From Oopsacas minuta (taxonomy: Eukaryota > Animalia > Porifera): a DNA stretch of 64,000 nucleotides. The translations under genes were made by a program, and so were the position numbers. The stretch is from positions 186,001-250,000 of the forward strand of contig JAKMXF010000308.1 of assembly GCA_024704765.1 (NCBI GenBank), read 5' to 3'. Shown in pieces: positions 48,801 to 60,800 of the stretch (position 1 is its first letter; every line of letters begins with the position of its first letter). The notes under the pieces were generated by a model. That model had not been told where the DNA came from and ran no database searches. It was given only the letters and a program-made list of their open reading frames with translations.

Positions 48801-51800
48801 ATGCTATCGGTCTGGACCGTACAGAAAAAACAATGACCGTCCGGTCTGGTTCATGAAATTCCCGGACCACGGCAACACTGCCCAACATCATTTGCTGGAG
48901 GACTACCCATTAATTCCATTATATTAGCACCTTTTCTTGAAGAGCCATCTATTTTTCATTTGTGTAGCACTTCCCAAATGTCCGTGTTTAAAATTAGGGC
49001 TGTAGAAAATAATTCGATGTCTCTACCCCACGTTTAGTCCACATTTATCTTGACTTACTAATGAACTCAAATAGAATATAGATTTGAGGTAATAATTCTG
49101 AACGCTAAACTGAATAAAATCATAATAATCAACATTTACAAAATAATTCTAAGTCTAAGTTGCTTACCACATAATTATTTATGAAAGATAGTATAGTATC
49201 AGAATTCGGAACTCAAAATTAGTCAAACTTTTGACAACTATGTCTCACAAGAATTTAACATTATTTTGTCACAACAAACGTCTATAATGTTCAGAAATAT
49301 GTGTAATTAGTTGAAATATCAGTTAAAAATTTTTTGATATTCATAAACGTCTCTTTGTCTTCTATTTTTTCTGTAATTTTATTCAAATCAATAAAATAAT
49401 GGAAAGGCCATCAAATTTAAATTTCAAGTGTGCCAGTCGAATCCTGCGCTAATTTCACACTAGTTTAGTGACCTAGCGTCTCCGTACAGGAAAGAAAGTT
49501 AATCAAATGTGAAGGCACGTCCTCCTCAGCTAATACATGGCAATTCTCTATCTCATCTGCATTCCTGGTTTCCAACTCATTTCTAGCTCTCGAATACTCC
49601 ATATTGAGTCTTCAGCCTATATACCCGGGAAGCAGATCTTTCTCGGGCGGATTCATAGGTTTCATGTATTCTTCATGGAATGTGAACACCATGCACTAAG
49701 GTTCTGAAATGGGATAAGTCCTCGTCTTAAGTCTCTGCTTTCAGTCTTGGTCTCAGAGATTCGTATCTCTTTACTATCTATTTGTTTTAGGAGTATGAGC
49801 CTTACACTTTTCAGAATTTCTCAATCTTTTGCTCAGCTGTCTCCTTCCACATGATGAGACCGTTTGGGAGTATATGGAAGGTTCTGCTAGAATCCTCTCT
49901 CTATAGGAGGTGTTGTATTTGATTTCAATAGGTGGGTAGTAATTGATGACTAATAGGGCTATTATCTGTATGTGTTGGGCGGATCGCTCTGTGAATGAAT
50001 CTTGTGGAGGGACAGGGATTGTTTCACTTGATATTATAATTATAGACATTCGATCTTCTGGCCACTTACATAAAATGCTATACATTCGTGCTATTGGTTC
50101 AACCTTTCTGGTTGGACACCTATTTCGTAGGCCAAATACGGTCCAAAATCAAATTCTATATACAGTAAACTCCGAATAATTGAGTCACGGTTACTCGGGT
50201 CACTTGGCCAGAAACAGAACCATATAAATATTGTGAAATTGCTCCGGTTACTTGGGTCTAAATGGCCTGGTCCAGATGTGACCCTATTAAGCGGAGTCAT
50301 AACCTACTAAATACTATACATGCTGCCAAATCATGGTAAAAAAAAGTCCAGTATTTGAAGAGTAGAAATTTGTAAAGTCTGATAAACTGAAAAATACGTG
50401 TGATAGGCCTTAGGTATTATCAAAGTATACATATATGTGGTCAAATATGTGATTAGTTATCATGTAGTTGCGGAATATGCTATTTTTAGCAAGTTTCTAA
50501 ACTGTATTTATACTTTATTTCCCAACATCTGTAATGTCTGATCTGTATATATTATGATGAATTAATGTAGTTGATTCTAACTGCAACACATATCAGTTAT
50601 TATGTGTTTAAAGTCATTATTTCGAGTTTAATTCTTGGTTACAAAATGAAATGGTAAAATCAACTCATTTTTGAATGAGTTGTTAGACAAAAAATAAGTT
50701 TTTGCTAGCTCAAAATGATTGATACAGCCAAATAGCTCTAACGACTACATAGGGGTAACAAAGTATTCTGAACTCAGATCTCCTATCTTTTTATGTAATT
50801 CACTTTCCCGAGTTCTTGAGGAGGAGTCAAGGTTCGTAATATTAAAACTAATTATCTCCTCTTTCGAATAATATCATATTAGTTTCAATCAAATAACCGG
50901 AGGTAGAAATTTGACTTAAAGTGTGCTTGGTAAATTCTGCATACTGCGGGACTTCACATGATCACACTGATATGACAGTAGCTACCATATTTCATTAATA
51001 GGTTCATCCCGATCAGGGTATTTTACACGGCCAGGGCCGCAGCGCTCTACCTTGCGTTGATTAATCGTAGCAATTTTAACATTTAAGCTTACCTCCTAGT
51101 ATGATGTCATTTGGGATGAAATTTCCTGACTCTACCACTCTACATAATGTAGGGTGTCTCCCGTCTAAAATGCGTAAAGTGGGTTTTTGTGTGTTTGGCA
51201 AGAATTCTGGGATACACATAGGCCCGTCAGATGCTCCACTGAATATAGCTAGACTGCAAAGTGCGTCGATCGTAGCAATATTAGAAACAACTTTCTCCCA
51301 ACGAGTAAAGTGTTGATCGAATGATCTGAATAAGTTTACCATTGTACCTTTAATAGCTTTATCTCTTCTCTCTTCTACCCTTATCATGTCTTCCAATAAT
51401 CTCTTCACTGTTGGCGTCATGAAACGTCTAATACCTTTCTTCTGTGAAACCAGCGTGTAGTCATCTGGCTGACGTGTCTTCTTCAAAAAATCTTCTGAAA
51501 TCTAAATAAGTAGGATATTATTTCAGATATTATCTTCTATATATCGATTATTAACACATTCGCAAAGGAGTGAAATATACGACGTGGCTTACAGGTGTGT
51601 CACAGTCTCACAGGGTATATAAATTTCATCAATGATTTTCTTTCAGTATTGTAATTATATCATAGTTAATGGTTAGGTCAAAGGTCTATTGAAAAATAGC
51701 TATAGTAGGGTATAGGGAGCTTAGCCTAAATATATATGACAGGAAAATTACATATATTTTTCCCAAAAAACAGCGAAATAAGATCGGAAAGTCATGAAAA

Positions 51801-54800
51801 TGTCAGTTACTTAATGAACCTTAAAAAGTAAGTATTCTTATTAGTTACCTCGATCTGATATCTCATTTTTCCACCGTACCAGTACTTTATTTTACTGTTA
51901 CCAATCCTCTTTTTCTGTTCTGAAAGATAATTTTCCAGACTTTTTTCAACTTCCTTGATGTCTTCCTTCGCTCTGTCATATTCTATATCTACCCCTGGAA
52001 GAGGGAGGATTTTACCAGATTTCCTTGCTTCTTCTGCTACGAATGAATTATCAAAATATTCAATTAATTCTTTCAAACTTTGTGTTGAGTCAGTTGGAGC
52101 GATGTTATTCTCATTCCCACTTTCGTCCAAAGATAGCGTATTGATATTAACTATAGTCGAGTCGTTGCAGTCTATCTCGCTAGTTAATAATTTTAGTAAG
52201 AGAAGTGAATTGAGTTCAGGTAGAATGGGTAGAAACAATTCAGTTATTTCCAGAGATGATCTGAGACCATTAAGACAATTGACAAAGTCGTGTATCTTTC
52301 TTTTGTTGTAGATTGTTTCCTCGTAGAGAACTGCTCGACAATCTGGATGGTCATCATTCGGCTTATGAACTCCGAATGTGTGTATCCTATCATGGAATGT
52401 ATATTTAAAAGAAAATCTCCAAAAAATCTTAATGAGATTATGCAACACCCAATTCGCTAGCATAATTTTGAATTCGAGATTGATATTTAAACTTGGGGGG
52501 AAAAACATACCACTGTTTTTCCGATGTATAACAGGGTTTAGGTTACTATAAAGAATATTTACGTACTAAGTTTTGAAAAACAGTATAAATACAGTTAAGT
52601 ATTATTACAGTATAGGGAAAGAAGCTCAATTTTCACGCTCCTAGAAACTCCCAGCTTTGAGTATTACCCTGTGCAAATGTGTATAATATATTCACATATA
52701 CAATCCGCATAGTCGATTGACAAAAAGTCAAATAAGTAGTTTACATACTTAAGAGAAAATATTTCAAAATTCGAAATTAAGTGACAGCAGGGTTTCATCC
52801 AGGTTCTTAGGGCCTCGCGAGAAAATGCATTCTAAAAACGCCTAGACTACACGGTTTTTTTATAAGGAACTCTATATTTAGTAGAGCTGTTAAGCTCCCG
52901 TTTTTCAGGATAATGTGCATTTTTGATAAAACCATGAAAATTTCCACATAACAAATACATACCAGTAAAAATGATTCTAGATGTTATGCCATCTCGAGAA
53001 AGTCCCTGACACCTGTGTCAGCCATTTATAATCTGCCACTTTGTAACATATTCATAACTTCTATTAGGTTACTGTAATCCAATTTTTATGTCCATATTCG
53101 TCAAGTGTAAATTTTCCCTTCGTTTGAAAGGTAACTCGAATATATTTTGGATTATTTTCCCTAGCAACACAGGAATGTCTGAGGGATGTGGCAACATTCC
53201 ATTCTGAAAATTTGCCCTAACCCTATCGAGTGACCCCTTGTTGACGCGCTAGGTTAGCTGAGTCTATTTATGCACATATTGACCCTCGATAGTATATTTT
53301 CGTACGATTTTAGGTGATCGTCCTATCAGGCTTCTAATTTTCTTCAAAATTTTGCATATTTCTTACAGAAACAAGATTTAATCGTCTGTATTTATGAGAA
53401 ATATAATTGTATACAGCGGAGTCTCCCAAAACGGACAATCCCTCTACAACGGACCAATCTCCTGGAACGGAATGAATTAGCAATCATATATGTAATACTT
53501 TAGCAGTCTCAGAGAAGCGGACAACTCCCAAAAACGGACAGAAGCGATGTCCCCAACGTGTCCGTTATTCGGAGACTCTTCTGTATGTATAAGATATTTT
53601 GAAATTATCTTATACATTTACAATTATAAGTGGCAAAATATAAATGGCTGACACAGGTGTCAGAGACCCTTCCTGAGATGGCTCCACGTCTAGAATCACT
53701 TCTAATGGTATGTAGATGTTATGTGGAAAATTCATGATTTTATCAAATAATGCACACTTTTTTGTTTAACAACACTATTAATTGGAGTATGGCAAAATTT
53801 TCATACGTCTAGATATATTAGCTTAAATTTATGCTTCTGTAGGCGGACTGCATACCCCTGGATGATACCCTATGTGACAGAATAAAGGTAATAATGTGAT
53901 CCATAGTGCAAATATATTGAAAATAAACATTTTGGAGTCTTACGGTTACATAACCGTTAAAGGTCTTTGAATATCAACTCCTCGTGTGCGTCCCTCGAAA
54001 ATAAATACACTTTTCTAAAAAATTCTTCAATTCGCATTTGTATTAATAGAGACATGATGTGAGGGTTTCATCCAGGTTCTCAGGGCCATACGTCTAAAAC
54101 TGCATTATAATTCTTTTAATACGCATAGACTCTACATTTTCTATTGCGATAAAGGAGTATTGGCAAAATTTTTACTCGAAATTTGGCATGTATACTCGTA
54201 GTGACGTCTAGTTGTGCACCTGACATTTGAAAATTTTCGAATGGTATATTTTCATACCTTTTTAGGTGATTAATCAAATTTCCACACATTTCTATCTAAA
54301 ATTCAAAAAAGAAAAATTGTGCCCGGACCTCTGAGGTCCGATTGAGAGAGGTTCGAGTGTATTATAATGAAAGTTACGTAGATGAAATATAAGAAATTAT
54401 CCATTAATGATCCATTGTATAAATCAAGATAGGTCAGGATAGTGGTTTACGATGCCTATGAAATATATCAAGCCTGTTTGTAAAGAATGTACTGGTTTTC
54501 GTATTTATTAGCCAGAATGCATTCGGGAAAGCCATGAGTTATTGGCTTGAGTTAAATGTTAACTAATTAATTGTTTTTGTGAGAATGGTATGAAAACAAT
54601 AATTCAGATATTCGGTATTTTTAGGTAGAATTTCATACATTACAACTTTGTTTAATCTCCATATTAAATCGTTGTACATCTACAGGAAATTTATATTCTA
54701 CATTACAGTATTAATTAACTCAAATAATAAACCATTTAGCCTGAGGGGAGGCTAACATAAATACGCTTCTGGACTAATATTAAGTTTTAATTTATTAGTT

Positions 54801-57800
54801 AATTAATTACAAAGTCTATCGTATCATTTATATAATTTATAAATAATCTATATTAATAATTACAATTGTTGTCTGTTTGTTTGTTTGTTTGTTTGTTTGT
54901 TTGTTCGTTGTCAAGGAAAGGATTTTCGGGATGCAATTTTGAAATTGTCGCATAACTATGTATTTATCGTGTTTATCAAGGAAGTAAATTGAATTCAATA
55001 AAACTGCACTAAACATATCGAACATGTTGAATCCGATTTTCACACTTTTGGATTAATCATATGTAAATTTATTGTTGTTTTTATGAATATAAAGTAAACA
55101 AATTTCAAAATTGAGGTAGAATCATACTTTCAAAGACCATACTGGTATACTCAAGTATGCTGAGTCTGAATATTGTATTGTAAACAACATATTGTCAATA
55201 TTTGTTTACTATTAGGTAGATAGAGTAAACAAATTTTAAAATTGTTGTAGCAATCATACTTTCATGGGCTATACTAGTATACTCGAGTATACTGAGTCTG
55301 AATATTGTAAACAACATCAATATTATTCAATCTCAATTGTTGTTTGCCAGTTTGTTTATCCGTTGAATACCTCGAGAAGCAATGCGCCGAGATCATCGCG
55401 AAGCGACGAGCCAAAGGTTCGTTGGAATTGAAATTATTATTCCTCTCTGTCTATGAGATTATAAATTGGAGTTAAATACGTAAGGAAAAATAGAAATTTC
55501 AAAGAAAAATACAATTTTACAGTTTTATAAAGCTTTAGTGAGTTTAGTGTTACCAAATATTTTATATATTATTCAAGGTTAGCAAGGTTCGGACAAATTA
55601 GCTAACCAATTAAAAGGCACTGTTAACAATATATATCTTAGCGATTAATCAGTTAATCATGCTATCATTAATGAGTCTTACTGTGGAATACTATAGATAT
55701 AATGAATTTTGTTTAATCACTTTGTATCCCTTTGATATGATATTATCTTTTATGATGCGAAGAGAATCAAGTGAAAAGCGTAATAAGTGCAAAAATATAC
55801 AGGCCCTTTCATTGGACGCCATCGTGATTTATCATTTTCACCTCACAAGATCCTAGATAATAAATACGTGTACTTTTTGGGATAAACAGATCACCGGTTA
55901 ACCGCATCCAGCTTTGTTCTGGATTACCTTACAAACTATCCTAATTCGAATAGGGAGAATAAATTTGTATAGTAGAGTATTTGTGGGTAACATACCATTG
56001 GGAAATGCAACAACAACATTAATCTATTGTTAAATAGTCTTTCTTTGTCTGAAAGGTTGTACTAGTCAATTGACGAAATAATTAGAATTCCAAACTTTGT
56101 CGATCATAAAATGGCTTGTTGATAACAATGTGAGAACAAACACAATAACTCCATAATCGTAGGGAACAAAGAGAAATAGAATTAAATACTTCAGAGGGCA
56201 AAATAAGGAAGCCACTATCTACATTACTGGCCTAAGTTACCTTCCTTACTCATTAGTTTTAATGAGCATCTAAGTTTACAAACAAAGAAAATTCAAGTAA
56301 CTTTGACCTTTAATTGTTGAGAATTTCTAACTAGAGCGTATACAAACATAGAAGCAATACGAATAGCTAATAAATGATACTCGGTACTTATATAGCCATT
56401 TATTAGTATAAAACAAAGGAATGAAGTGATCACAATTGGAAAGAATTAATAAATACCTTGGGGAATTATAGCGTTTTAGCAACATGGGGTTTCAATGTAG
56501 TACATTAAAACGAACCAATAGATTTAGAAGGATTCTATGCTTATTGCTACAATAGTTTAGTATCTAGATGATTCACTCTTTTTAGGGTTAGAAGATCATT
56601 ACCACTAATTTCCTCATAAAATATATATTCATGGGGTCAGACTTGTGAAAATATAATAAATCATATGATAAATTATTGTATCCATGCTTAGTAGAGTGAA
56701 TTAACCAATATAATTACAGTCTCCATTCAATACAAATACATTACAGTGCAAATACAATTACATAAACTCCACCAGGACTACTTTTATACCATATGCCAAA
56801 TTGCAAAAACCCTGCAATCTGATTGGGCTAAAATGAAAAGGTGTAAAAATGTGTGAAATTATACATATTTTCAAATATCAGGTACACATCTAGACCACTA
56901 CGAGTATACATGCCAATTTGGTGTCTTAATTTCCAAAGATGTGCACAGGAGAGTGAAGACACACATACCTACATATATATATATATATATATACTGATAT
57001 AGAATGTCAACCATTTTAGTGCTGGCTAGTATAATATAGTATAGCAACTAAATAATTTGATCAGATAACTCTATCTACTCTTAATAATGATTATGCCATG
57101 ACTATGATTATACATTTATCTATATATATATATATATATATAGAAAAGACTATGTTTGTCTGTCTGTCTGTCTGTCCCCACATCCTCCTTGAGATCCCTG
57201 AGCCGATCTGCACCAAATTCTGCATGTAATACAAACATAGGTCAGACTCTCCAAATAAGAAATATTTAAGAAATATGATATTTTTCGCAAAAGATATGCG
57301 ATTTTTCAACACTTCCTATACAAATCAATGCATATTACCACAATCATCTCATTGGTTAAACCTCGCCCAATGAAATTCTTTACATCCTGTGGAAGAAATG
57401 GTTATTTCGCAAAAATTACTCAATTCGTTGCTAGGGAAAAGATCCCTCCTAATATGGTCAATATATATATATATATATATATATATCAACCTGCTAGAAA
57501 TTTTATCCTGAACGCGAATATATACATATAAAGTTTATCTGATAGTAATTGAAATTGCCTAGCATACATTGACAGGACCGGCGATTCAATACCGGACAAT
57601 ATTGAAAACAGCTGACAAAGGTCGACATAGGGCAGATCTAGATCGCCTCTAGTTCTAAAAATGTTCTCCACGATTCCTAATATGAGTGTGCGAAGTTTCA
57701 TGCATTATCACAATATGCTTGAGATATGTGCTAACAGCCCTAACAGATTTAAGTTATCCGAACCCCAATCTTGAAATTCAAAGGCAAGGTGTTCGAATAA

Positions 57801-60800
57801 CCAGGTAGAAAATCAAACGTATTTAATTACCCTGTATAGGGTAATTAAATACGTTTGGTTTACTATAAATTATACGAACTTCCTTAATAATCTCTCAAGA
57901 TCTGGGATAGACTTTAAGATCTTTTTCAACTGATTCATTTCGGGTTTCAATCTAATCAACTCTTGTATAGCTTCTTGTCGTTTAATTATGTCTTTGGGAT
58001 TTGTGAGTGGATTACAAATCCACTGACGTAACAGTCTCTTCCCCATGCCACTAGCACACTGGTCAATAGTATACAAGAGAGTTCCTTTGGTTTTACTCGT
58101 ATCTCCACTTGCATCTATTACATCAAGGTTATGTAAAGCAGTAGCATCAAGGACCAAATATTTCAGGGAATCTATAGATTTTAGAAGTAAAATATATATT
58201 ACATGTAGAAGTCGACATTTCATCTATAAAAACGAACTATTTTTTCCGATTGAGCCTGCAGTTTTGGAGTCATGTGGATTGTGAATCTCTATTCGCTTGA
58301 GAGAAAGAATATTCTTTTCCAGTTTGCACCTCACCAAACACCAAATCACAGCGCCTAAACAACTCACAGCCATTTCACCTTCACTTCGTGCTGATAAGCC
58401 TTGAATTGAATATATTATTTAAATATCAGAATATAAGATATTCAGCAATGTATTAATTTTGGCAAACGTAATTTCTTGTCTGAAAAGCCAGTATCACTAT
58501 GTTGTAACTTACTATATATTGTACTCGTTAAAGTGCAATATCAATCAAACACATACAAATAGGATACCTGTATAACAGGTTCACAAATATTTAATGCATT
58601 TATATTACAGTTACCCCGGCGTTACGAAGGAAATGGTCGTAATTGACAGGTATCGCTATCGCAGGTTTTCCTGAATAATAACGTACGTATATTATAGATA
58701 TAGTGACTATAGTCTACCAGAAACTCATTTGAATTAAGTGCAGCAAAGTCAGCTTTGCCATAGGGTAAAAGTGTAAATTCCTTTGAATAGAAACAAACCG
58801 GTCCCAAATTTGTTGATTTGTATAGACAATCATTACACAAGTAACTGTTTTATTAGATACGTAGGTGTGTGGGCGTTAATAACAGGTATACTTTGATTTC
58901 TAACGTCAAAAATATGGGTCGTTGGTCGCTCATGGCAGGGGTCGTACAAACCAGGTACCACTGTACAAGCATATTAAGCTCGTCAATTATTAGTTGTATT
59001 AGGAGACTTGATATAAGTATAATTGATACATACCTAACGAGCTGTTAGGTGATAAGAGGGACTTTATAGGAGTGGGCCATTCATGAAAAGAAGATCCTAA
59101 GTATTTACTCTCAGTTAAATACTTCAGAGTATTCGAAACATCCCAAAACTCTTTTCCAGGAATCAAAGGGTCGAACACTACTCCAGGGTAGAGTTGAAGT
59201 AGGAATAGTACAGATTGAGGCAGACGGTTTTTTTCGTATAATAGCTGAGCAGGAGGATAGTGAGAAAGGAGCGTTCTCAAAGAACTAAGATGTCTATCAT
59301 TTATAAATTGACCGATATGAAAAGTGCCAATTTGAGTGTCAATGAAACAAAATCCGACTTCAACTTCATTATGATTCAGCTCGCGACAAGTGATAGCATA
59401 CAAGTATTGAGTAGTGTCCATTGGAAGAAGCTCTCCGCTGAGAGAAGAATAATTTTTGGTTCCTTTAGATTCTATACTACATACTTCTCGTCTCACAACT
59501 TTACTGCTATGCCCTAAAATACTCTTTCATGATTATCACATTCTTAGCGAACTAATTCGGTCTGCCGAATGTAATTCTAATTTCAAATTGTGTTGTAAAT
59601 GTATAGGTTATATGATTAAACAGTATAATATTGAAATATTTGAAAATTTGTTAACACAGGGGAACCTGCATAATCCAGAAATTCTCAATAATCTATAGTG
59701 TTTCCTGCTAGGTGTTGTAGTGCCATCTGTCCCTTAATTTAGTCCCCCCTTTGGGTCAGTTGTACCCACCAGGACTTCTGGCACTAGGGAAAGGCGTCCC
59801 TGTACCAGTTGGATTTAAAATAACCCATATATTATGTCTAATGCTAAAAAATCATAACATACTAATAACAATAAATAATTGTACTACTTTCTAAAATTCC
59901 TTTCTAAAGACTAATAAACCTATTTCAAGGAGCTGTTTCAACGTTACGTAAAGCTCCAAGGGGAGAGCGGTGATAGGCAAAGTGTTACAGCCCTATCGCT
60001 TTGTATTACAAAATGGCCAAAATGTGTGACACAAGGAGGGGGGGTGTCAAATTTTAAGGAATTTTGCGTTACTTAACGTTTGAACGGCCCTTCACCTGTG
60101 TAATGAAATATCACTGCCAGAAGTCCCGGGGGACTATTGGCCCTAGTTCCATGAGTCTGAAGGGAGTCCTTGCCCTAGTACCAGAAGTCCGGGGGACAGC
60201 TGACCCTCTGACACCGGATAAACCGGAATGAGTAAGTAAATTCACTTGCAAATAAGACACAATTTTCATAACCCAACGTGTGTCGGATTCTACAGGAGCC
60301 ACTCTACTACTCATGCAGTTACTGATAGCATTTGCTATATACTAAGTGGATGTCTTTTCACACGCAATTGTATTTAACAGCAATCTATAGTTGCATCAAT
60401 CTCAACGAAATAATTAACTGATGCAAACCATGAGCCACAAAAGGTATATTCGTACCGTATTTCCCTGAATAAGCGTACGAGCGCTTATTCTTTTAGTGGG
60501 CATTTTTTCGTATAAAAGTTTTTACAATTTTTGAAAATACGAATGATTTTGGGAAACTAATTATTCTAATTTGTTGTATAGTCAAATGAGGCGTAAATTT
60601 CATTAAAATATTTCTTCTAGAGGTTGTGATAAATATCTATTCACGAGTCTTGGAGCCTTTTCTTGCCCCGCCGCATATTCAGAGAAATTTTCCACCACTC
60701 AGCCAAGTGGTGGATAATAACTTGGCTGATTGGTGGAAAATGGCGAAATTTCTGAAAAGTGACTGAATGGTGGAAAATAGTGGAGGTGGTGTAAAATGAC

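Noticed and set aside
53902-53908. CATAGTG as the missing Transib right end
   Set aside because: The adjacent bases do not match the left TIR, and it lies inside an MSH6 intron beyond intervening exons.
58172-58270. GC-AG intron and 21-nt micro-exon in MSH6
   Set aside because: A single 66-nt GT-AG intron (58237-58172) keeps the phase and is simpler.
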